The position numbers and the translations under genes were made by a program. From NCBI GenBank assembly GCA_033762915.1, contig JANRLD010000060.1:1-64000 (forward strand): a stretch of DNA of 64,000 nucleotides, given 5' to 3'. This stretch comes from Meiothermus sp. Its GTDB lineage: Bacteria; Deinococcota; Deinococci; Deinococcales; Thermaceae. Positions 8,187 through 16,690 of the stretch are shown piece after piece. The notes beneath the pieces were generated by a model. The model worked only from the letters and a program-made list of their open reading frames with translations. It did not search any database and was not told where the DNA came from. Within the stretch, counting starts at the first letter, position 1, and the number at the start of each line of letters is the position of its first letter.

Positions 8187-9707
8187 ATGATCCACGTTTT
8201 TTTCGTCAAGCAGCACGAGCGCGGCCTTCTGTACAAGAACGGCGACTTTCGGGCCTTCCTCGGAGCCGGCGTACACCGCCTGCTCGGCGGACGCTGGGAG
8301 GTCGTGAAGTACAACCTGGCCGACCCCCAGGCCGATATCCCCAACCTCGAGTTCTTGCTCAAGGCCCGGCCAGAGGAGATGACCCGCCACCTCACCGTGG
8401 TGCGCACTGGCCCCAGCCAGGCCGCACTGGTGCGGCTGGGTCAGGCCTGGATGAGCCTCGGCCCCAACCAGCTCCGCGCATTTTGGAAGGGCTTTGTGGA
8501 GGTCGAGGTCAGGCTGTTCGACCTTGAGCACGACCTCGAGCTGCCCGCCGATCTGGCCAAGGCCCTGGGCGACAAGCCTCCGCAGGGCATACAGCTGGCG
8601 CAGGTCTTCGAGCACCAGATGGGCCTGCTCTACGTCGACGGCAACTTCGTGCGCGTGATGGAGCCGGGGCGCTACGCCTTCTGGCAGTTCGGGCGCAAGG
8701 TGATGGTGGGCGCGGTAGATCGCGCCAAGCCCGCCCTCGACTTACCCAACGAGGACGCGCTCCGTGAGCGCCATCCCGAGTTTGTGGCCGCCTACTGCGT
8801 GAGCGTGGAGCTGGGCGCAGCGCAGGTGGGTCTGGTGCGCCACCAGGGCAAGGTGGTGGCGGTGCTGCCCCCCGCCAGCCGCAAGCTGTTCTGGAAGGGC
8901 GTGGAGGTGCAGGTGGCAGACATCGCCGAGGGCTACAAGCTCGAGGCCCGGCTGGCCGCCGAGCTGGCGGCAGGTCTGCCCGAGGTGGTAAGCCTGGCGG
9001 TCAAGTTCCTGCACATCCGCGAGGTGCCCGAGCAGCACCTGGGTCTGCTCTATGCGGACGGGGCCTTCGTCCAGACCCTGCCCCCCGGCCTGCACGTATG
9101 GTGGGCCTTTGGGCGCAGCCTCAAGACCGAGGTGGTCGACACCCGGCTCAAGACCCTCGAGGTCAGCGGCCAGGAGATTCTTACCAAGGACAAGGTGCCG
9201 CTGCGCCTCAACCTCACAGCCGGCTTCAGGGTCTCTGACCCCGTGCAGGCCAAGGCCAAGCTGGCGGACCTGGAGGGCTTTGTCTACAAGGAGTTGCAGT
9301 TCGCCCTCCGCGCTGCTGTGGGCACCCGTTCTCTGGACGAGTTGCTCGAGGACAAGGGCGTGATCGACCGCGAGGTTGCGGCCTATGTGGTGCCCAAGAC
9401 TGAGGGCTACGGCCTCGAGGTCGAGAGCGTCGGCGTGAAGGACATCATCCTCCCTGGCGAGATCAAGGCTATCCTGAGCAAGGTGGTCGAGGCCGAGAAG
9501 TCCTCCCAGGCCAACGTGATCCGCCGCCGCGAGGAGACCGCCGCCACCCGCAGCATGCTCAACACCGCCAAGGTGATGGAGGACAACCCCGTGGCCCTGC
9601 GCCTTAAAGAGCTGGAGGTACTCGAGCGCATCTCCGACAAGATCGAGCGCATCAATGTAGGCTCGCTGGACAGCGTACTGAGCGACTTGGTGAGCATTAA
9701 GAAGTAA
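8187..9707 (+). CDS. Slipin-family SPFH/band-7 protein with a repeat-extended N-terminus
   Basis: SD GAGGAGG before ATG 8187. Motifs EVSGQEILTKDKVPLRLN, GVKDIILPGE and RRREETAATRSMLNTAKVMEDNPVALRLKELE. Confidence 0.9.
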   Translation: MIHVFFVKQHERGLLYKNGDFRAFLGAGVHRLLGGRWEVVKYNLADPQADIPNLEFLLKARPEEMTRHLTVVRTGPSQAALVRLGQAWMSLGPNQLRAFWKGFVEVEVRLFDLEHDLELPADLAKALGDKPPQGIQLAQVFEHQMGLLYVDGNFVRVMEPGRYAFWQFGRKVMVGAVDRAKPALDLPNEDALRERHPEFVAAYCVSVELGAAQVGLVRHQGKVVAVLPPASRKLFWKGVEVQVADIAEGYKLEARLAAELAAGLPEVVSLAVKFLHIREVPEQHLGLLYADGAFVQTLPPGLHVWWAFGRSLKTEVVDTRLKTLEVSGQEILTKDKVPLRLNLTAGFRVSDPVQAKAKLADLEGFVYKELQFALRAAVGTRSLDELLEDKGVIDREVAAYVVPKTEGYGLEVESVGVKDIILPGEIKAILSKVVEAEKSSQANVIRRREETAATRSMLNTAKVMEDNPVALRLKELEVLERISDKIERINVGSLDSVLSDLVSIKK

Positions 9708-9723
9708 GGGTGATTTTCTTCAG

Positions 9724-9766
9724 CCGCGAACCCTAGGAATACTTCAGGGTTCGCGGTTTGTTATTT
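9724..9766 (+). terminator. Intrinsic terminator after slipin
   Basis: 11-bp stem CCGCGAACCCT/AGGGTTCGCGG followed by TTTGTTATTT. Confidence 0.8.
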
Positions 9767-9836
9767 CATCCCAAAAACTCTCTCCTGAAAAACCGAGATG
9801 CTGTTAAGAATAAACAAGGAGCGACAAAGAGCATTA

Positions 9837-10124
9837 TCAAAAGTGCAGGTTCACCTTGTGCGCGAAACCTAAACCAGTAAACATGCAAAACCCAATAGCG
9901 CTACCAATACCTATTAGCAAATCCGAGCCGATTGGACTGAGGAGTGCATTTGAATCTTTCCATAGCCAATAAGAGATACCAATGCCCGTAGCAATCAATA
10001 ACCAAAACATAGGACTCAATAGTAGCCCTGATTGAAATGACCAATCTTGTGTTATTAGGGCAAAAGTTGGCCCAAATAAAACTCCAACAAGTAGATTGAT
10101 CCAAGGCTTTTTGCGAATCGTCAT
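9837..10124 (-). CDS. Small AT-rich membrane protein (about 3 TM), hypothetical
   Basis: MTIRKKPWINLLVGVLFG...; TAAACT 7 nt before the ATG; three hydrophobic segments. Confidence 0.6.
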   Translation of the reverse strand: MTIRKKPWINLLVGVLFGPTFALITQDWSFQSGLLLSPMFWLLIATGIGISYWLWKDSNALLSPIGSDLLIGIGSAIGFCMFTGLGFAHKVNLHF

Positions 10125-10271
10125 TCCCAGAAGTTTACATACGACGATGGTTGTCGTGGTACGTTTTTGCTCCGTTGGCTCGAGGTCGGTAGTGCGGTAC
10201 TCGAGTGCACCAACTTCCGCTAAACCAACCCCCAACCAAGGTCTGCTACAACCCGAGTAAGGAAACGCTCC

Positions 10272-10496
10272 ATGAGTAAGAGCCAAATAATTGCCGAAGC
10301 ATTGAAGCTCTCCCTCGTGGAGCGGGCCGAGGTTGCCAGCCTGCTGCTCGATAGCCTCGAGAACCCTAGCCTCGAGGAGGCCAGCCGTGTCTGGGGCGAG
10401 ATTGCCGCCGAGCGCTACCAAGAAATGAAAGCCGAAAAATCCGTGGTGGTTGAACTCGAGAAGGAATTGCGGATTGTCAAAACCCGGCTTGAATAA
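10272..10496 (+). CDS. Putative addiction-module antitoxin (TIGR02574-like)
   Basis: The pattern ALKLSLVERAEVASLLLDSL...W..EIAAERY is characteristic of this family. Confidence 0.8.
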   Translation: MSKSQIIAEALKLSLVERAEVASLLLDSLENPSLEEASRVWGEIAAERYQEMKAEKSVVVELEKELRIVKTRLE

Positions 10497-10550
10497 ATAC
10501 TCCCACCTGCTTGCGGAGTACGAGTTTGCTCGAGCTGTCGAGTATTACCC
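10489..10550 (+). pseudogene. Truncated RelE/ParE-type toxin remnant
   Basis: TTG overlapping the antitoxin stop reads NKYSHLLAEYEFARAVEYY, resembling a ParE N-terminus. It then runs into the convergent gene. Confidence 0.55.
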
Positions 10551-10557
10551 CGCCATA

Positions 10558-11358
10558 CTACTCCCCGCCTCCTCCGTCCCCGCCGCCGTCACTCGCCCCG
10601 CCGTCCGAGCTATCAAAGCTGCTGTCCATCTCTGAAAAGGACTGGTCTAGGCCGCCTGTCTCGAGGTCGGGCCGGCTGTCGTCGGTGTCGCTCCAGCCGC
10701 CGTAGACGAACCCCGTGCCGCCGTCGCCTTCCTGCTGGCGGATCAGCTCGTTGAACTGCCCGAAGTGGGGCCACAGCTCGGGAACCAGGATCACCGCTGC
10801 ACCCAGGCTGGCGATCAGGGTGGAGACTTGAACGGGGTTGTCGGGAATCTGGCGGGAGAGTTGGGTGGTGAGCTGGCGGGCCTGGGCCATCTCGGCCTCG
10901 AGTTGCCCCTTCAGCCGCAGCCCCAGCGCGGTGTGGCGGTGAGCGGTGCTGCTAAACACCAGCAGCACCTTGCGGGTCTGGGGCTCGAGCAGACCAGCGG
11001 CGACCAGTGCGGGCAATACGTGGCGGCCCTTGAAACGCTCGTAAGCCGCTCCGTACTCGCGCTGTAGGCGGGCCAGCACGGTGTGTAGCTCGGGGCCGTG
11101 GCGCATTGCGCTGCGCAGGTGGCCCAGCAGCTCCAGCAGTAGGGGGTGGTTGGTGGTTCCCGAGCCCAGGTGTAGCCGGGTGGTGGGCGCGCTGAAGCGG
11201 CCGGTGGCCGGAACCTTCTCGAGCCTTAGCAGCCCCAGTGCCACTATTTCCTTGAAGGCGGCCTTCAGGGTCTCGCGGGGCAGGGCGGCGGGATCGAGCA
11301 GTACCATGATCTCGGCGGCGCTCAGGTTCTTGGTGTCCACTTCCTTAGTCTGCATCAT
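10558..11358 (-). CDS. Hypothetical protein, GPP34-like, with a D/G/S-rich tail
   Basis: SD GGAGG before ATG 11358; segment LVAAGLLEPQTRKVLLVF; low-complexity C-terminus. Confidence 0.65.
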   Translation of the reverse strand: MMQTKEVDTKNLSAAEIMVLLDPAALPRETLKAAFKEIVALGLLRLEKVPATGRFSAPTTRLHLGSGTTNHPLLLELLGHLRSAMRHGPELHTVLARLQREYGAAYERFKGRHVLPALVAAGLLEPQTRKVLLVFSSTAHRHTALGLRLKGQLEAEMAQARQLTTQLSRQIPDNPVQVSTLIASLGAAVILVPELWPHFGQFNELIRQQEGDGGTGFVYGGWSDTDDSRPDLETGGLDQSFSEMDSSFDSSDGGASDGGGDGGGGE

Positions 11359-11562
11359 TTTGGGTTCCTCCGGTAAAAAAAAGCGGAGCATTTCTGCTCC
11401 GCGTGGTTCGGCAATGGTCTTCGGACTCAAGTTGGGGGGGGTGGGGGCTGGGCCGGGCATGGCGCTGATCCGCCCTTAGGGTAGGGCCGGCGGGTCAGGA
11501 GAAGGTCAGGGCGGTGTGGCCCGGCTTGCGCCCGTATCGCGAAGCCTCTATCTTAGAGGCAC

Positions 11563-12354
11563 GTGTCCAGAACTGAGCAAAGGGGGCTTGGAACCGCTCG
11601 AGCGGTGCTCAAGGTGCTCAACTACCTGGCCAAACGGCCTGAGGGGGTCAGCCCGGCGGAGGTCGCGCAGTTTGTGGGCAAGAGCCTGCACACCGCCTAC
11701 TACCTGCTCAATAGCCTCTGCCTCGAGGGCTTTGCCGAGCACGCCGACGATCACCGCTACTACCTCAAGCTCCACCGCAGCCCTCCGCCCCAGACCCTCT
11801 CCAACGCCACCGCCGAGGTGCTGAGGGAGAGCGTGGCCGACCTCACCCGCGCCACCCGCTGCCGGGCCTACCTGTGGGTCTACGAGCGCGATCACCTGCG
11901 CCTCGAGCATACCCAGGGCCACCAGGGCCAGCCCCGGCTGGCTGCCCTAGGTCAGGTGCTGCGCGGCGAGACCCACGCCACCGCTTCCGGCAAGCTTCTG
12001 CTGGCCCGGCTCTCCAAGACCGAGCTGCGCAAGTACCTGCGCCGCAACGGCCTGACCGCCTTCACCCCCCGCACCCTCACCGGTCTCGAGGCCCTGGAGG
12101 CCGAACTCGAGGAGGTGCGGCGCAGTGGGGTGGCGCTTAGCCGCGAGGAGTACCTCGAGGGCTGGTGTGGCATCGCGGCCCCGGTCGCGCCCCAGGCCGG
12201 CGGCCAGACCCTGATCGCCGCGCTGGGCATCGGGGTACCCAAAAACCGCTTCGCCAAGGACGCCGAGCGGTTGACCCGGCTCACCCGCTCGGCGGCCCTG
12301 CAAGCCGGCGAGAAGCTAGAGGGCGACTTTGTCTGGGCGACGCTGTTCGGGTGA
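11563..12354 (+). CDS. IclR family transcriptional regulator
   Basis: N-terminal HTH (RAVLKVLNYL...TAYYLLNSL); motifs HATASGKLLLA and GVALSREEYLEGWCGIAAPV. Confidence 0.92.
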   Translation: MSRTEQRGLGTARAVLKVLNYLAKRPEGVSPAEVAQFVGKSLHTAYYLLNSLCLEGFAEHADDHRYYLKLHRSPPPQTLSNATAEVLRESVADLTRATRCRAYLWVYERDHLRLEHTQGHQGQPRLAALGQVLRGETHATASGKLLLARLSKTELRKYLRRNGLTAFTPRTLTGLEALEAELEEVRRSGVALSREEYLEGWCGIAAPVAPQAGGQTLIAALGIGVPKNRFAKDAERLTRLTRSAALQAGEKLEGDFVWATLFG

Positions 12355-12441
12355 GGGGGCGGTGGGTCGTCGGTGTACAGCCCGCCCTTCGGCCAGTCTG
12401 GCCCGTGGCGCGGGAGGACGGGCACCGGGGCCGCTCGGCCC

Positions 12442-13527
12442 TCAGGGAGTGGTCTGCGGCTCTGTGAAGCCCCGGTACTCCGGCACGCTGAGCTGAACCA
12501 CTCGAGCCTCCTCGATCAGGTGGTGCTTGGGCGAGAGGACACAGACCGGGTCGGTGGCCTGGGCGTCGCCGGTGAGGAGGAAAGCCTGACAGCGGCAGCC
12601 ACCGAAGTCCTGGTACCGCTTGTCGCAGCTCTGACAGGGCTCTTGCAGCCAGTCCAGGCCCCGGAAGCGGTTGAAGAGCCGGGAGCCATACCAAATCTCC
12701 TCGAGCGAGTGCCGCTCCACGCTGGGGAACTCGAGGCCCGGCAGCACGTAGGCGGCGGGGCAGGGGAGGGCCTTGCCGTCGGGCGAGACGATCAGATGGG
12801 TGCTGCCCCAGCCCCCCATACAGGGCTTGGGGTAGTCGGCGTAGTAGTCGGGCACCACCCACTGGATGGCCATGTCGCCGAAGCGCAGGCGGTACTCGTC
12901 GACGGTCTTCTCGGCGGCCTCGAGGGCCTCGCGGGTGGGCAGCAGGGTGTCGCGGTTCTTGAGCGCCCAGCCGTAATACTGGGTGTTCGCAAGCTCGATG
13001 CGCTCGGCCCCCAGGTCGTGGGCCAGCTCCAGCAGCGGTCCCACCTCGCCCAGGTTGTGCCGGTGCAGCACCACATTGATCACCAGCGGGAAGCTGCTCT
13101 GCTTGATGAGCTGGGCCACCTCCATCTTCTTCTTGAGGAAGTCGCCACCCGCCACGAACCTGGCGGTCTGGGGGTCGGTGGACTGCACGCTAAGCTGCAC
13201 CGCGCCCAGGCCCGCCGCCTCGAGCTGCTCCAGCCGCCGCGTGCTCAGCCCGATGCCGCTGGTGATGAGGGTGGTGTAGAGCTCCTGGTCGGTGGCCGAC
13301 TGCACGATCTCGAGAAGGTCCGGGCGCAGCAGGGGCTCGCCGCCAGAGATCAGGACCTGCAGGATGCCAATCTGGTTGGCCTCGCGCAGCACGCGCTTCC
13401 AGGCAGCAGTGTCGAGCTCGTGGCGGGACAGCTCGAGGGGGTTGGAGCAGTACAGGCACTGCAAGGGGCAGCGGTGGGTGACCTCGGCCACCAGGGCCAT
13501 CGGGGGTTGGGTCGGGTTGGGGTTCAC
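12442..13527 (-). CDS. pqqE: PQQ biosynthesis radical SAM peptide cyclase
   Basis: AEVTHRCPLQCLYCSNP, ELANTQYYGWA, PKPCMGGWG and DFGGCRCQA. Confidence 0.96.
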   Translation of the reverse strand: MNPNPTQPPMALVAEVTHRCPLQCLYCSNPLELSRHELDTAAWKRVLREANQIGILQVLISGGEPLLRPDLLEIVQSATDQELYTTLITSGIGLSTRRLEQLEAAGLGAVQLSVQSTDPQTARFVAGGDFLKKKMEVAQLIKQSSFPLVINVVLHRHNLGEVGPLLELAHDLGAERIELANTQYYGWALKNRDTLLPTREALEAAEKTVDEYRLRFGDMAIQWVVPDYYADYPKPCMGGWGSTHLIVSPDGKALPCPAAYVLPGLEFPSVERHSLEEIWYGSRLFNRFRGLDWLQEPCQSCDKRYQDFGGCRCQAFLLTGDAQATDPVCVLSPKHHLIEEARVVQLSVPEYRGFTEPQTTP

Positions 13528-13676
13528 GGGCTCTCCCTGGATACCTCGGCGTTTGGAGGTTGGTGCGCGGCATTGCTCGATCTAAAAATGTGGCTAACCT
13601 CTTCCGGTCAACCTGCTCGGCGGGGTGTGGCGCAAACATTTGGGCGGGCAGTGTTTGCCGTTTCCCGCGTGCCACC

Positions 13677-13934
13677 CTACTCGAGCGTCCGCAGCCACTT
13701 CTCCTGCACCGCTTCGTGCAAAAACTCCCGCACATCGCCCTCAAGTTCTGCTCCCGGGTAGCGGCCCTGCAGGGTTTCGAGGATCTCCCGGTCGCTGGAC
13801 TCCTGGCACAGCTGCAGGATTTCTATGGCGGTGTCGCTGAGCATCACCGCGTGCTCGGCCATCAGCAGCACCCAGCCACCGCGCACCTTGTCCTCGCGCA
13901 GGCGCACGCCGCGGGCCAGCGCGTATCTAGGCAT
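13677..13934 (-). CDS. pqqD: PQQ biosynthesis peptide chaperone
   Basis: 85 aa; RLREDKVRGGWVLLMAE...LSDTAIEILQLC; lies between pqqC and pqqE. Confidence 0.92.
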   Translation of the reverse strand: MPRYALARGVRLREDKVRGGWVLLMAEHAVMLSDTAIEILQLCQESSDREILETLQGRYPGAELEGDVREFLHEAVQEKWLRTLE

Positions 13935-14613
13935 ACTCCTTTTCCACCGCGTCCAGGAGCGCCCACAGCACCTGACACTTAAAGCGCACCGCGTCCAGTA
14001 CCTTGACCTGCTGCTCTCTTGTGGTCACCACCTCGCTCAGGATTTCCAGCGCGTTGTCCGACTCGATGTTGGCCTGGCGGTTGCGGCTGCGGAAGTAGGC
14101 CAGCCCTTCCGAGGAGACCCAGGGGTAGTGCTGCTCGAAGGCGATGGTGCGGATCTTCATGATGCGGTGGGCGAACATTTCGGTCAGCGAGGAGGCCACC
14201 CCCTCGATCCAGGGCTTGTCGCGGGCGAAGTCGACGTAGGCGTCGGTGGCGAACTTGACGCCGGGCAGCAGCATGGTGTTGGAGAGCATCTTATGCCGCT
14301 CGACCCCCACCGCGTCGCCCAGCGCCAGCCAGGCCTCGAGGCCACCCTGGTCGGGCTCGGGGCCGTCGTGGTAGATCACCCGGGCGATCCACATGCGGCG
14401 GTAGTGGGCCGGCATCTTGCTCATCAGGATGCAGTCCTTCACCGGGATCATCTGCTGGTAGTAGAAGCGGTTGGCCACCCAGCCCTGGAGCTGGGTTGGG
14501 CTTAGTTGGCCCTCGTGCATTTTGATGTTAAAGGGGTGCTTGTGGTGGTAGTTGGCCTCGAGAACCTTCTCGATCTCCAGCGATAGCTGATCCTGCGTCC
14601 ATACCGCGACCAT
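13927..14613 (-). CDS. pqqC: Pyrroloquinoline-quinone synthase
   Basis: YHHKHPF, WVANRFYYQ, SSLTEMFA and FKCQVLWALLDA; SD AAGGAGG. Confidence 0.95.
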   Translation of the reverse strand: MVAVWTQDQLSLEIEKVLEANYHHKHPFNIKMHEGQLSPTQLQGWVANRFYYQQMIPVKDCILMSKMPAHYRRMWIARVIYHDGPEPDQGGLEAWLALGDAVGVERHKMLSNTMLLPGVKFATDAYVDFARDKPWIEGVASSLTEMFAHRIMKIRTIAFEQHYPWVSSEGLAYFRSRNRQANIESDNALEILSEVVTTREQQVKVLDAVRFKCQVLWALLDAVEKEYA

Positions 14614-14649
14614 CGTGGCCTCCTTGTCTTGCTTGTTGCTGCCCAGCAC

Positions 14650-15525
14650 TTATAGCTCGAGCTCCCAACCGTCATCGGCCAGGTCCAGACCCAGGGTCTT
14701 GATCCAGGCCCGCTCGGGGGAGTCGGGGTCGAGGAGCGGGTTGGTGTTGTTGAGATGAATATACCGAATGGTGGGGATCGGCAGTCGGGCCAGCCACCGT
14801 GCCGAGCCGTCGTCGCCGCCCACCGGCACATGCCCCATCGAGCGGGCGGTGTCGGCGCTGAAGCCCAGCCGGGCCAGCTCGTCGTTGTGGAAAAAGGTGC
14901 CGTCCACCAGTACCGCGTCGGCGCCCCGGAAGAGCGCCTCGAGCTCGGGCGTCAGCGCCTCCACACAAGGTGCGTAGACCACTGTCCTGCGGCCCGAGAA
15001 GACCAGCGCCGAGACCGCCTCGGGCTCGGGCCGGCGGCCGTGGTGGTAGCGCGGGGTGTGGTCGGAGAGGGGAACGAAGCGCACTGTCAGGCCGCCGAAG
15101 CGCAGCGGCCTCGAGGGCTCCACGGCCCCGACCGACGGCCGGGCGTACCCCTGGAGCACCCCCAGCAGCGGAAACCGGTCGCCGATGATCTTAAGCACCG
15201 AGGCAGTGGCGTAGAGCCGCCAGCTCGAGCCCTCGCGCAGCTGCAGCAGGCCCAGGGTGTGGTCGAGTTCCGCGTCGGTGAGCAGGATGCCCTCCAACGG
15301 GACCTGCCTCGAGCCGCCCAGCGGGTGGGGCAGGTGCTGCAACTGTTGCGTCACCTCCGGCCCGGCGTCCACCAGGTACCAGTGCCGGTCGTCGGGCGTG
15401 AAGGCCAGGCTGGACTGGCTGCGGCGGGGCAACTGGCCCGCCCTGGCCCGCTGGCAGTTGAGGCAGCCGCAATTCCACTGCGGCAGCCCTCCCCCGGCCG
15501 AGGTTCCTAGGATCTTGAGTCGCAT
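14650..15525 (-). CDS. pqqB: PQQ biosynthesis protein, MBL fold
   Basis: ILGTSAGGGLPQWNCGCLNC, TDAELDHTLGL and IHLNNTNPLL. Confidence 0.95.
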   Translation of the reverse strand: MRLKILGTSAGGGLPQWNCGCLNCQRARAGQLPRRSQSSLAFTPDDRHWYLVDAGPEVTQQLQHLPHPLGGSRQVPLEGILLTDAELDHTLGLLQLREGSSWRLYATASVLKIIGDRFPLLGVLQGYARPSVGAVEPSRPLRFGGLTVRFVPLSDHTPRYHHGRRPEPEAVSALVFSGRRTVVYAPCVEALTPELEALFRGADAVLVDGTFFHNDELARLGFSADTARSMGHVPVGGDDGSARWLARLPIPTIRYIHLNNTNPLLDPDSPERAWIKTLGLDLADDGWELEL

Positions 15526-15540
15526 CTGAGGCAAAATTAC

Positions 15541-15563
15541 GACAGGGGCTCAAGGCCCCTGTC
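15541..15563 (-). terminator. Hairpin between pqqA and pqqB
   Basis: 9-bp stem GACAGGGGC-TCAAG-GCCCCTGTC. Confidence 0.65.
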
Positions 15564-15576
15564 CGGGTCGGGGGCC

Positions 15577-15648
15577 TTACTTGGACTGGGCGTAGGCGGT
15601 CACTTCGGCGCAGAGCACGATCTTTTTAGCGGTAGGCTTTCTCCACAT
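15577..15648 (-). CDS. pqqA: PQQ precursor peptide, 23 aa
   Basis: MWRKPTAKKIVLCAEVTAYAQSK with W-x-K-P and E-x-x-x-Y motifs; SD GGAGGTGA; directly upstream of pqqB. Confidence 0.95.
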   Translation of the reverse strand: MWRKPTAKKIVLCAEVTAYAQSK

Positions 15649-15841
15649 AACTTCACCTCCCCTCTCGAGTCCGAGACTGGTCAGAGAACTGCTTGGTGGT
15701 ATGCGTCGAGCTTACAGGGACGTTCGTCCCCGATCAAGTTTGTTCGCGGCTTTAGCAGTATTTGCAAAAAGCCCTTTTTTCGACTCGAGGGCTGGCGGCC
15801 CGGTTGAGCCACCGCAGCCCGGGCGTGGGATAATCCCAGGC

Positions 15842-16612
15842 ATGTCCAGAGTCGCCCTCATCACCGGAGCCGCGCAGGGAATCGGCAGGCGCACCGCCCA
15901 AGTACTGGCCGAGCGGGGCTACCGCCTGGTCCTCAACGACCTCCGCAGCCCCTCCGAAACCCTCTCCAGCCTACCCGCCGGGACCGAAGCGCTCGAGGCC
16001 ATCGCCGACGTCTCCGACGAGGCCCAGGTGCTGCGGATGGTGGGGCGGGTACTCGAGCACTTTGGGCGGCTGGATGTGCTGGTGAACAACGCGGGCGTCA
16101 GCTTCATCCGGCCCGCTGAGCTGATCGAGACCGCCGAGTGGCGGCGGGTGATGGACGTGAACCTGCTGGGCCCCTTCCTGCTGTGCCGCGAGTTCGGGAA
16201 GGTGATGCTGGCGCAGGGCGAGGGCAGCATCGTCAACATCTCGAGCGTGGCCGGCCTGCTGGGCATCGGCGACCGCGCCGCCTACAACGCCAGCAAGCAT
16301 GGACTGATCGGTCTAACCCGCACCCTGGCCTCGGAGTGGGGCTACCGGGGGGTTCGGGTGAATGCGGTCTGTCCTGGCTGGGTCAAGACCGAGATGGACG
16401 AGAAGGACATGGGCAGCGGGGCCTACACCGACGCCGACATCGAGAACCGCGTCCCCATGGGCCGCTTTGCCCGTCCCGACGACATCGCCCAGGCGGTGGC
16501 CTTCCTGGCCGACCCCACCCAGAGCGCCTTTGTCAACGGGCACATCCTGAGCGTGGACGGCGGCTGGGCCGGGGACGGGAGTTGGGACAGCCTGCGCCTG
16601 AAGAAGCGTTAA
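15842..16612 (+). CDS. Short-chain dehydrogenase/reductase
   Basis: TGAAQGIG, NNAG, YNASK and VDGG motifs. Confidence 0.95.
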   Translation: MSRVALITGAAQGIGRRTAQVLAERGYRLVLNDLRSPSETLSSLPAGTEALEAIADVSDEAQVLRMVGRVLEHFGRLDVLVNNAGVSFIRPAELIETAEWRRVMDVNLLGPFLLCREFGKVMLAQGEGSIVNISSVAGLLGIGDRAAYNASKHGLIGLTRTLASEWGYRGVRVNAVCPGWVKTEMDEKDMGSGAYTDADIENRVPMGRFARPDDIAQAVAFLADPTQSAFVNGHILSVDGGWAGDGSWDSLRLKKR

Positions 16613-16690
16613 CTGCACGGCCAGACCCCCGGTCAATTCCACCGGCGCCGGTAACCCTGCGGGCTACCCTGGGGGTACGCCGGAGGATTC

